In this document: in pieces, positions 20,619 to 28,323 of the stretch
Numbering within the stretch: position 1 is the first letter of the stretch
Layout: each line of letters begins with the position of its first letter
Assembly (NCBI GenBank): GCA_964504255.1
Contig: CAZDDU010000001.1
Location: 33,843-97,842 of the forward strand
Length of the DNA stretch: 64,000 bases
DNA from: an uncultured Candidatus Saccharibacteria bacterium
Lineage (GTDB): Bacteria > Patescibacteriota > Minisyncoccia > Phycocordibacterales > Zambryskibacteraceae
Direction: 5' to 3'
Made by a program: the position numbers and the translations under genes
The notes under the pieces: model-generated
What the model was told of the DNA's origin: nothing
The model's input: the letters and a program-made list of their open reading frames with translations, nothing else
The model's database searches: none

Positions 20619-20666
20619 GCTGCTTGTAGTGAGACTGTTTACACTGAGCGTAGTCGAAGGGTCGAA

Positions 20667-22142
20667 CTACTCTACTTTGTATTTATCCTTAATCTCCTCC
20701 ACTTCCTTATCGTCTTCTGATTCATTTTTCTTTCTTGCAACCTTTCCCAACTTTATCAATTCCTCTTGGTCTAGCTTGTAGAGATCACTCACGCGTTTCT
20801 CCAGATGTGATCTTTCATTTAACTTTGGATCCTCGAGCACTTCGGAGAGCAATATTTCTAAAATGCTTCCAATGTGTGGTCCTGCGTTCGAATTAGTAAG
20901 ACTCATAATGTCTCCCCCATTCATGTTTAGTTGTTTGACAGAGATAGGGTCGCGCATTACCTGCTCTATCATCGAGTGATACTTACGCAGTCTGTAGGTT
21001 ACAGCCTTCGGTCTGCCCATGCCGGTTCTATCAGACGATCTTACATTCATAAGGTCCCAGATGAGATCTGGACCCACATTTCTTACAATTCTTCTCACGG
21101 CAGAGAGCGAAATGGTCTCCGTTTCAGAGAAAAACATGTGCCATCTTACTAGTTTGACCACCTTCTCTATCACCTCTCTTGGAAACTTTAAATCAGTGAG
21201 AATGTTTCTAGCAATTTTTGCTCCAACCACCTCATGTCCGTAGAAGGTCCATTGTCCATTAATCATCTTCCTTGTATGAGGCTTGGCGATGTCGTGTAGA
21301 AGCACCGCGATTCGTACATGAAGCGGGAATTTTTTCTCAGCAGCATAATCAAGAGAACGTATAAGATGTTCCCAGACTGTATAAATGTGCGCCTTGTTCT
21401 GCTCTACTCCGACTCCCTTCTCCAGTTCTGGAGAAATATATTTAAGAAGGCCAAGTTGTGTAGCAAGGCCAAGAGCAACAGAAGGACTGTCTGACATCAC
21501 AATCTTTATGAACTCGTCTCTGATACGCTCTTTGGATATTTGAGAGAGTAGATCCTTCTTCTCTGAGATGGCCTTAACCGTCTCAGACTCGATGGCGAAG
21601 TTTAGCTCGGCTGCGAGCCTGATCGCTCGTAGAATCCTCAGTGCGTCCTCACCAAATCTTTCATTCGGGTCCCCTACTGTTCTAATTAATTTATTTTTCA
21701 GGTCTTCTCTACCGTCGAATAGATCTATCACTTCCCCACCCCTTAGGTCATAAGCAAGAGCATTAATGGTGAAGTCTCTCCTCTTGAGATCTTCGTCTAA
21801 TGTTTTAGACCACTTAACTTCATCAGGACGTCTGAAGTCAGAGTAAGCTCCTTCTGTACGAAACGGAGTAACTTCAATCACCCGAAGGTTTTCATTTGGT
21901 GGGTTGTCATTCACTATCCCCACAGTGCCGTAGTCATTCTCGTAGAAGGTGTGTTCAAAGAGTGGAGTAATCTCATCTGGCGTGGCCACGGTAGTAAGAT
22001 CCCAATCTTTGGGCTCTTTACTAAGCAAGATGTCTCTAACGCATCCGCCAACCAAGTAATTCTCAAACTTGGTACTACTTAAAACAGATGAGACTCGACT
22101 CACCTCCTCCGGAATCTCTAATTTTTCTTTAATTCTAGCCAT
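20667..22142 (-). CDS. cca: CCA-adding tRNA nucleotidyltransferase with HD domain
   Basis: GGCVRD nucleotidyltransferase motif, HD motif LLHDIAKP; start at Met20 of track ORF to avoid overlap with tRNA-Arg. Confidence 0.85.
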   Translation of the reverse strand: MARIKEKLEIPEEVSRVSSVLSSTKFENYLVGGCVRDILLSKEPKDWDLTTVATPDEITPLFEHTFYENDYGTVGIVNDNPPNENLRVIEVTPFRTEGAYSDFRRPDEVKWSKTLDEDLKRRDFTINALAYDLRGGEVIDLFDGREDLKNKLIRTVGDPNERFGEDALRILRAIRLAAELNFAIESETVKAISEKKDLLSQISKERIRDEFIKIVMSDSPSVALGLATQLGLLKYISPELEKGVGVEQNKAHIYTVWEHLIRSLDYAAEKKFPLHVRIAVLLHDIAKPHTRKMINGQWTFYGHEVVGAKIARNILTDLKFPREVIEKVVKLVRWHMFFSETETISLSAVRRIVRNVGPDLIWDLMNVRSSDRTGMGRPKAVTYRLRKYHSMIEQVMRDPISVKQLNMNGGDIMSLTNSNAGPHIGSILEILLSEVLEDPKLNERSHLEKRVSDLYKLDQEELIKLGKVARKKNESEDDKEVEEIKDKYKVE

Positions 22143-22149
22143 TTCACTT

Positions 22150-22177
22150 GGTTTACACTGAGTTTGTTGAAGTGTGC
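22150..22177. repeat. 28-bp direct repeat copy 1 (GGTTTACACTGAGTTTGTTGAAGTGTGC), 3' trailer of tRNA-Arg
   Basis: Identical 28-mer also at 22270-22297; 12-nt core TTTACACTGAG also at about 20633. Confidence 0.8.
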
Positions 22178-22246
22178 CCCCAGCAGGAATCGAACCCACA
22201 TCCCTTGTTCCGAAGACAAGTACTCTATCCGTTGAGCTATGGGGGC
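22175..22246 (-). tRNA. tRNA-Arg (anticodon TCG)
   Basis: Hand-folded cloverleaf: GCCCCCA acceptor, anticodon loop CTTCGGA, TTCGATT T-loop. Confidence 0.8.
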
Positions 22247-22269
22247 AGTATTAGTATTCTATCAGGTTT

Positions 22270-22297
22270 GGTTTACACTGAGTTTGTTGAAGTGTGC
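22270..22297. repeat. 28-bp direct repeat copy 2, 3' trailer of tRNA-Gly(GCC)
   Basis: Identical to 22150-22177. Confidence 0.8.
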
Positions 22298-22365
22298 GGC
22301 CAGGGAGAATCGAACTCCCATCTCATCCTTGGCAAGGACGTGTTCTACCACTAAACCATGGCCGC
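22295..22365 (-). tRNA. tRNA-Gly (anticodon GCC)
   Basis: GCGGCCA acceptor, anticodon loop TTGCCAA, GTTCGATTC T-arm. Confidence 0.8.
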
Positions 22366-22419
22366 AAGTATGATGATATTAGCCTAAAAGTGCTATAAAT
22401 GCTAGAGTAAATCTCTCCA

Positions 22420-22490
22420 CGGAGTGTAATACAGCGGTAGTATACACGATTCGGGTTCGTGAGACCCGGGTTCGATTCCCGGCACTCCGA
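22420..22490 (+). tRNA. tRNA-Pro (anticodon CGG)
   Basis: CGGAGTG/CACTCCG acceptor, anticodon stem CACGA/TCGTG, loop TTCGGGT. Confidence 0.8.
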
Positions 22491-22512
22491 AAGTGTATAA
22501 TCTAACCGAGCA

Positions 22513-22583
22513 CGGACTGTAGTATAACGGTAGTATACATCCATGGGGTGGATGCGGCCCGGGTTCAATTCCCGGCAGTCCGA
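22513..22583 (+). tRNA. tRNA-Pro (anticodon GGG)
   Basis: CGGACTG/CAGTCCG acceptor, anticodon stem CATCC/GGATG, loop ATGGGGT. Confidence 0.75.
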
Positions 22584-22606
22584 CAAGTTTTGGTTGGTGG
22601 TTCAGT

Positions 22607-22679
22607 CGGGGCGTGGTGTAACGGCTAACATGTCTGTTTTGGGTACAGATGACTCCGGGTTCGAATCCCGGCGCCCCGA
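22607..22679 (+). tRNA. tRNA-Pro (anticodon TGG)
   Basis: CGGGGCG/CGCCCCG acceptor, anticodon stem TCTGT/ACAGA, loop TTTGGGT. Confidence 0.8.
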
Positions 22680-22732
22680 CTGAGGCTCTAACTAGTTCAA
22701 ATAGGCCTCTAAATAAGGATATTTCAAATAAA

Positions 22733-22806
22733 GCGGGATTAGTTTAATGGTAGAATAAGAGTTTTCCAAACTTTAGGTGGGAGTTCGATTCTCCCATCCC
22801 GCACCA
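22733..22806 (+). tRNA. tRNA-Gly (anticodon TCC), CCA encoded
   Basis: GCGGGAT/ATCCCGC acceptor, anticodon loop TTTCCAA, genomic ACCA end. Confidence 0.85.
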
Positions 22807-22810
22807 AATC

Positions 22811-22845
22811 AAAAATCTCTAGTGTCTACTAGGGATTTTTGATTT
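22811..22845 (+). terminator. hairpin plus U-tract after the tRNA cluster
   Basis: AAATCTCTAGTgtctACTAGGGATTTTTG. Confidence 0.5.
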
Positions 22846-22946
22846 ATGGGAGAATTGAACAGGAAAGGGGTCGGGAAAACTCTAGTTTTCCCGTGGAGGA
22901 AGGTTTGGGAAAACCGTGGGTTTCCCAGGAGTGAGATAGCGAAGGG

Positions 22947-22961
22947 TCTCCCATCCCGCAC
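22947..22961. repeat. 15-nt duplicate of the tRNA-Gly(TCC) 3' end (TCTCCCATCCCGCAC), att-like
   Basis: Identical to 22790-22804 inside the tRNA, 143 bp upstream. Confidence 0.6.
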
Positions 22962-22976
22962 ACACTGTTTTGTCTC

Positions 22977-23330
22977 TTAAGTGTCCTTTTTTTCAGTATT
23001 TAGCCTATTGTCACGAATTTGGGCCTCAAGCTCCTGCAGCTTGCCCTCCCAGATCTTTTGATACTTGGCGAGCCATGTGGATACTCTCATTAAGCTGTCA
23101 GGTCGAATGTTACACATGACACGCCTTCCCCGCTTCTTAGTAGTTATGAGCTCTGACTCCTCAAGTATTCTTATGTGCTTTAGTATGGCAGGCAGTGAGA
23201 TCTTAAATGGTGCAGCCAACTCCCCCACACTTTGCTCCCCTCTTACTAACTCATCCAAAAAGTGTCTTCTGGTTGAGTCAGATATGGCATATAACATGCG
23301 ATCTAGCTCTACTTTTTGATACTTAACCAT
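22977..23330 (-). CDS. ArsR/SmtB-family HTH transcriptional regulator
   Basis: 117 aa; SVGELAAPFKISLPAILKHIRILEESELI HTH_20-like. Confidence 0.8.
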   Translation of the reverse strand: MVKYQKVELDRMLYAISDSTRRHFLDELVRGEQSVGELAAPFKISLPAILKHIRILEESELITTKKRGRRVMCNIRPDSLMRVSTWLAKYQKIWEGKLQELEAQIRDNRLNTEKKDT

Positions 23331-23384
23331 ATGGTTAAGTATACATGAAATATGTTGTTATATATAGATAGTGTGTGAATAGTA

Positions 23385-23747
23385 TCAAAACACATTCTCA
23401 ATTACCTGCACCTTCGCCTCTTTCGTGATCATATTGATATTCACCAACACCAAATCTAGTTGCCAGTCCATGTCTATCTTCTTTTCAGCCAGGTATGTCT
23501 GTATAGCTCTTTCCAACCTTTTGATCTTCTGGGGATGCATATTCTCCTCGCCTCTAATACCAGTTTCAGATGAAACAGACTTAACTTCCACAAAATGCAT
23601 CTTACTACCCTTTTTACACACGATGTCTATCTCACCCCACTTTCTTAGATAGTTCCTCTCGAGAACCATAAATCCATGTTTCTCAAGAAACACACAGGCT
23701 ACATTCTCACCAATATCCCCAAAACCTCTTTTGGCAGTCTTAGTCAT
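23385..23747 (-). CDS. YraN (UPF0102) family endonuclease
   Basis: 120 aa; GEIDIVCKK...HFVEVKS PD-(D/E)xK-like core. Confidence 0.75.
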   Translation of the reverse strand: MTKTAKRGFGDIGENVACVFLEKHGFMVLERNYLRKWGEIDIVCKKGSKMHFVEVKSVSSETGIRGEENMHPQKIKRLERAIQTYLAEKKIDMDWQLDLVLVNINMITKEAKVQVIENVF

Positions 23748-23760
23748 GTTTCTGGTGTAA

Positions 23761-23796
23761 CATATTTATATGTTTCACGTGAAATATAAATATGTA
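23761..23796. promoter_or_regulatory. imperfect palindrome centred on CACGTG upstream of the YraN gene (candidate operator)
   Basis: CATATTTATATGTTTCAC|GTGAAATATAAATATG. Confidence 0.35.
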
Positions 23797-23932
23797 TCAA
23801 TTTAGGATAATGGCTTAAATTAAAGACTTTTGTCCCTCTTGTCCTAAATAATATGTCTTTTATTAACACTTTCCACACAGTTATCCACATATAAAAGGAA
23901 ATCGCGGAATACTGGCTTCATTAAGCCATAAT

Positions 23933-23963
23933 GAAAAACCCGCCCAAGGGTTACTTGAGCGGG
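23933..23963 (-). terminator. strong intrinsic terminator about 275 nt downstream of the xth stop
   Basis: Minus strand reads CCCGCUCAAGuaacCUUGGGCGGG followed by UUUUUC. Confidence 0.7.
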
Positions 23964-24239
23964 GGATAGTCGCCTAAGCGACAAGGAAAGGGAACTCCAG
24001 TCAAAGACACTCGAAGTGGAGACGACAAACTTCAAAATATGTAGATTGGGGAAGTGTCGTATCCACGGTCTGGTATCAATAACCAGAACATCTTTCATGG
24101 GTGCGCGGCCCATAAGAACTATGCTACAGACTTCGTTGTCGAATGGGAGAAAACAACATCTCTGTCTGGCGTCTGTGTTAAGTATATGCTTAAAGGACAA
24201 ATAGTAAAACGCTTACTAGTAAATACTGTGGATAACTAA

Positions 24240-25046
24240 CTATTTGATGTCCTTTAATGTGATTTGTATAGGACAGTGATCAGATCCCATAATATGGCTA
24301 AGAATATTGACAGATTGAACCTTGTCTTTAAGTTTATTTGATACAAAAAAGTAATCAATTCTCCAGCCTACATTTCTCTCTCTCGATTTATTAAAGTGGT
24401 GCCACCAAGTGTAGTGACCATTGCCCTCCGCAAACATTCTGAAGGCATCAATGTAGCCAGTCTCAATCATTCTATCTACACCCTCGCGCTCTTCTGCGGT
24501 GAAGCCGTGCTCACCTACATTTTCCCTTGGTTTAGCCAAGTCATCCTCAGTATGAGCGACATTCAAGTCTCCAGTGAAGATAACTGGCTTCTTCTCCTCT
24601 AGACAGAGCACGAATTCTAGAAAGGCGGGGTCCCATTGCTTGTGACGGAGCTTCAATCTGGTGAGATCAGGCTTGGAGTTGGGTGTGTAGCTGTTAACTA
24701 GGTAAAAATCCTTATATTCAGCCGTTATTACGCGACCTTCTTCATTTGGGTTGCCATATTCGTCCTCACTAAGCTTATACTTGGTGACAATCTCTTTTGG
24801 AAAGCCTATTTGTATAGAAATAGGCTCATTCTTAGAAAATATGGCTGTACCACTGTATCCTTTCCTAGTTTTAGAGGAATTCCAATGCTCCTTATAATCT
24901 GGTAGGTCTATTACTGCCTGACCTTGCTCCGCCTTAGTCTCTTGTAGGGCTACTATGTCTGGTCCGTACTCTTCTATTAGGGGTATAAACAAGCCCTTTC
25001 TATGCACGGCTCGGATACCATTCACATTCCATGAAATTATTTGCAT
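24240..25046 (-). CDS. xth: exodeoxyribonuclease III (AP endonuclease)
   Basis: MQIISWNVNGIRA...SDHCP motifs. Confidence 0.9.
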   Translation of the reverse strand: MQIISWNVNGIRAVHRKGLFIPLIEEYGPDIVALQETKAEQGQAVIDLPDYKEHWNSSKTRKGYSGTAIFSKNEPISIQIGFPKEIVTKYKLSEDEYGNPNEEGRVITAEYKDFYLVNSYTPNSKPDLTRLKLRHKQWDPAFLEFVLCLEEKKPVIFTGDLNVAHTEDDLAKPRENVGEHGFTAEEREGVDRMIETGYIDAFRMFAEGNGHYTWWHHFNKSRERNVGWRIDYFFVSNKLKDKVQSVNILSHIMGSDHCPIQITLKDIK

Positions 25047-25070
25047 TTGAATACATGATATACTTTTTTT

Positions 25071-25538
25071 ATGAAGTTTATTGTTCCAATGGTCATTTTG
25101 GTTCTGGTCGTCCTCGGTGGGTGGCTATACATGAGAGGGTCAGAGTCCGCTCCTCAGGTAGTAGAGCAGGAGACTACGACAGTAAGTAATGGTGTTCAGG
25201 TCACAAAGACGGACACATCTAAGTCTGGTTCCATGCTCCCAGCTGGCTTCCCAAAGGATATTCCAGTAGAAGAGGCTAACATTAAAGATAGTTACAAGGC
25301 TTATTATGAGAAGGTTAAGGCCACCCAGTACACTGTTAGCTATGTTTCCAAGTTGAGTAAGGACACACTTTGGAAGGCCTACTCCGATTTTATGAACAGT
25401 GATAAGTACAGCGTCGACCCATCATCTTCTAGGAGCTTGGGCCAAATATCCGGGGTTATGGGTGACGATTCTATGTCGGTGGTAATAACAGCTAATGCTG
25501 GGGTGACTCTAGTGCAGATTGTTTACCTAGACAGATGA
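25071..25538 (+). CDS. N-terminally anchored hypothetical protein (paralogue of the next gene)
   Basis: TM helix; LPAGFPKDIP motif shared with ISGFPEDLIN in the downstream gene. Confidence 0.5.
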   Translation: MKFIVPMVILVLVVLGGWLYMRGSESAPQVVEQETTTVSNGVQVTKTDTSKSGSMLPAGFPKDIPVEEANIKDSYKAYYEKVKATQYTVSYVSKLSKDTLWKAYSDFMNSDKYSVDPSSSRSLGQISGVMGDDSMSVVITANAGVTLVQIVYLDR

Positions 25539-25560
25539 TTCGACAAGCTCACCATAAATA

Positions 25561-26055
25561 ATGCCGAGAAACAGTAATTTAGGCCCACTTTTGATAATTC
25601 TTGTATTTTTGGTGGCTCTAGTTGGGGGTTACGCTATTAGAGAGGATAGGTGGCCGGGCTTGCCTTGGAGCCTCGGACTTGCTCCAACAAAGTTTACTCT
25701 TGAGGCCGAGGCACCAAGTGGTCAGTTGATAAGCGGCTTCCCTGAAGATTTGATAAACATGACCAAGGACGCTCGTATTGAGCAGTCAGCTATGTACTTT
25801 CTGGCTGAGGAAGTGGGTAAGTCGGAGGTTCTAACCACTACATACAAAACGAAGGCTTCTATCTCAGAGCTTTTTGCTGCATATGTAGAGAAGCTCACCG
25901 GAGAGGGCTATACAATGACGAGAACTAAGTCAGGTAGTGGTGAGTCAGAGATAGAGGCCTTCAACTCTGTTTATTCGATTTCTATAAATATTTCTGTTTC
26001 GAGTAGATTGGAGAAGGAGGTTAGAGTTGATGTGAGAAAGGCCGTGGTACAATAA
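25561..26055 (+). CDS. N-terminally anchored hypothetical protein (paralogue of the previous gene)
   Basis: TM helix, shared GFP[KE]D[IL] motif and similar length. Confidence 0.5.
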   Translation: MPRNSNLGPLLIILVFLVALVGGYAIREDRWPGLPWSLGLAPTKFTLEAEAPSGQLISGFPEDLINMTKDARIEQSAMYFLAEEVGKSEVLTTTYKTKASISELFAAYVEKLTGEGYTMTRTKSGSGESEIEAFNSVYSISINISVSSRLEKEVRVDVRKAVVQ

Positions 26056-26062
26056 TTTGTAG

Positions 26063-28318
26063 ATGTTAAAAGATTATTTTAATAAAGTTACACAAATGAA
26101 AAGACTTTTTTTGGTGGTAGGTTTGATTGCGCTTTCTTTGGGTGTCGGCCAGGCATATGCTTGGGTCGAGCCAACTCTCGCACCACCAAACGGCAATGTC
26201 ACTGCACCTCTTCGACTTGATGCAAACGGTAGACTAGGCATAGGTATCACTAGTCCAGGAAAAATATTTGAAGTAATGAGTGAGATAGTAGCAAGAGCAT
26301 CTTCAGCTTCTGGTGGCGTTGCTTCTTCTTTTTCCTCCGACTCAACTGGTGCACAAATTTGGGTTAATTCGGCTTATGACCCTGCGAGTCCAGCTACGGG
26401 TTGGGGAAGGCGAGTAACGATAGCTCCGAACGGAAATGTTGGTATAAACAATCAGTTTCCATCTGCAAGACTTCATGTGAACCTTGATGCAAACAGGGAG
26501 ATTCGTGTGGGTACTGGTATCTCGACTGCTTTGACCGACGCATCAGTGTTCGGACCAGTACTGAGCTTCTCAAGAGGTTCGGACGGCGTAGATGATATCG
26601 CCGGAATCTTTCAGTACACAACCGCGGGGGCTGCAAACAGACTCGCTATTGCTTCGAGAGATGACATAGTTTTTGCTGCCGGCGGAGCCTCAACCTACCC
26701 ATCCGCTCCAGAAAGAGTCAGAATTACTTCAACAGGAAATGTTGGTATTGGTACGAGTGCTCCAAACGAGCCTTTAGAAGTGGCCAATTCAACTAACGGA
26801 GGTAGATTGATAGTCTCAGATGGTGCTGGTGCATCTAGAAGAACCTTACTTATGGTTTCGCCTACTGCTACTAACAACTTCGGGCGTATTGAGTCATACA
26901 ACTACGGCGCCTCTACTGGAGTGCCTCTATATATAAACAGCAGCGGTGGGGGGAACGTCTCTGTGGGCAACCTTGCTCCAACTTATAAGCTAACTGTCGC
27001 GGGAGATGTAAACGTACCAACTGGCAGTTGCTACAGAGTGAACGGTGTTTGTATTACTTCTGGTGGCATGTCTGGTAGCGGCACAGTGAACACACTCCCG
27101 TTGTTTACTGCAGCAAGTACTTTGGGTGATTCGAGACTTTCTCAACAAGCAGATGGTTCGGTGAGAACGACAAGCCCTACTGGTTGGGTGGAATTTGGTC
27201 CAAAAAATGCTGGTTTTAACCACATTTACACTGATAGACCTGCGACCATTTTCAACACAGGAGTCTGGGCTATTTCAGGAATCTTTAGTGCATACAACCT
27301 AGACAACCTTAGGCTTCAGACCAACGGTACCGACAGGATCACGGCCCTGGCATCTAACGGCAACGTAGGTATCGGTACAGCAGCCCCAACACAGCGCCTT
27401 ACGGTGAATGGTAATTTGAACAAACTCGGTTCTTGGATAATCGGAGATGCTAACTGGTCACCACAAGGACTCGAGGTTCATAATAGTTCATGGGACGGAT
27501 CATCGAACAATAATTATGGAGCTGTCGCAGGAGGTAAACTCTTTGCTTACAACGGCCTACAATCTGGTGGAGCTACTGGCGCCGAGGCAACAGACGGAGA
27601 ACTATATGTCTCTGGTCGCTCAATGCTTATGGGCAATGTTGGAATAGGAACATCCGCATCATCTGTGAATAAATTGAATGTTATACATACAGATACAAAT
27701 AACTATAATCCCACCTCAGCAGCTATCTATGGAGAACATTCGGCAGCCAACAGTCCAGCAATTTATGGAAAAAATACTGCAGCCACATCAAATGGTATAG
27801 GTGTTAAGGGAGATGGAATGATTTATGGTGTTCAGGGTTATGCTACCAATGCAGATGGAAGTGGAGTTTATGGTCAGGGAGCAGGTGGTGCGGCCGCAAG
27901 AGGTGTGCTTGGTGCGGCATCCGATGGCTATGGAGTATATGGGTTATCAAACTTTGGGTACGGCGTTTATTGCTCAGCTCCCCGTTGTGGAAGTACGGGA
28001 ATATCTTGGACAACTACATCAGATGGTAGGTTGAAGGAGAAAGTGAGTACCATTACTAATGGTCTAGATAAGATACTTAAACTTCGAGGTGTTAACTATA
28101 CTTGGAAAGATGGAAGAATTAATGGTAACCAGGTTGGGTTTATTGCGCAAGAAGCAATGAAAGTGGTTCCTGAGTCTGTGACCCAAGATAGTGATGGTAC
28201 CTACTCTATGTCATACGAAAGAATAGTTCCGGTATTAGTTGAAGCAATCAAAGAACTCAAGGCTGAAAATGATGATTTGAAGGCAAGGTTGGAGAGACTC
28301 GAAGCTAAGATCAAATAA
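26063..28318 (+). CDS. tail-fibre-like surface protein with C-terminal intramolecular-chaperone (peptidase S74-like) domain
   Basis: Signal/TM; five or more NGNVGIGTxAP repeats; C-terminal ...SDGRLKEKVSTITNGLDKILKLRGVNYTWKDG...YERIVPVLVEAIKELKAENDDLKARLERLEAKIK typical of the auto-cleaving chaperone domain. Confidence 0.7.
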   Translation: MLKDYFNKVTQMKRLFLVVGLIALSLGVGQAYAWVEPTLAPPNGNVTAPLRLDANGRLGIGITSPGKIFEVMSEIVARASSASGGVASSFSSDSTGAQIWVNSAYDPASPATGWGRRVTIAPNGNVGINNQFPSARLHVNLDANREIRVGTGISTALTDASVFGPVLSFSRGSDGVDDIAGIFQYTTAGAANRLAIASRDDIVFAAGGASTYPSAPERVRITSTGNVGIGTSAPNEPLEVANSTNGGRLIVSDGAGASRRTLLMVSPTATNNFGRIESYNYGASTGVPLYINSSGGGNVSVGNLAPTYKLTVAGDVNVPTGSCYRVNGVCITSGGMSGSGTVNTLPLFTAASTLGDSRLSQQADGSVRTTSPTGWVEFGPKNAGFNHIYTDRPATIFNTGVWAISGIFSAYNLDNLRLQTNGTDRITALASNGNVGIGTAAPTQRLTVNGNLNKLGSWIIGDANWSPQGLEVHNSSWDGSSNNNYGAVAGGKLFAYNGLQSGGATGAEATDGELYVSGRSMLMGNVGIGTSASSVNKLNVIHTDTNNYNPTSAAIYGEHSAANSPAIYGKNTAATSNGIGVKGDGMIYGVQGYATNADGSGVYGQGAGGAAARGVLGAASDGYGVYGLSNFGYGVYCSAPRCGSTGISWTTTSDGRLKEKVSTITNGLDKILKLRGVNYTWKDGRINGNQVGFIAQEAMKVVPESVTQDSDGTYSMSYERIVPVLVEAIKELKAENDDLKARLERLEAKIK

Positions 28319-28323
28319 CTTAA

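Noticed and set aside
22148-22354. 68-aa plus-strand ORF over the tRNA-Arg/tRNA-Gly region
   Set aside because: It is an artefact created by the 28-bp direct repeats (the repeated VYTEFVEVC peptide) and overlaps two tRNA genes.
23844-24200. 118-aa minus-strand ORF downstream of xth
   Set aside because: It runs straight through a strong intrinsic terminator (23933-23963), has no RBS and an implausible sequence. The region is treated as a UTR or ncRNA instead.
23933-24239. RNase P RNA or tmRNA identity for the two ORF-less transcripts (also 63448-63873)
   Set aside because: I searched by eye for the universal P4 strands (GGAAAGUCCGG and ACAGAANCCGGCUUA), the GGUAAGAGCGCACC block, and the tmRNA tRNA-like ends. 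Only partial, non-collinear resemblances turned up, so I cannot claim an identity without a covariance-model search.
26063-28318. Prophage interpretation of the tail-fibre-like gene
   Set aside because: No capsid, terminase, portal or integrase genes accompany it. It sits in a pilus or surface-protein neighbourhood, so it is more likely a cellular fibre protein that shares a phage-like chaperone domain.
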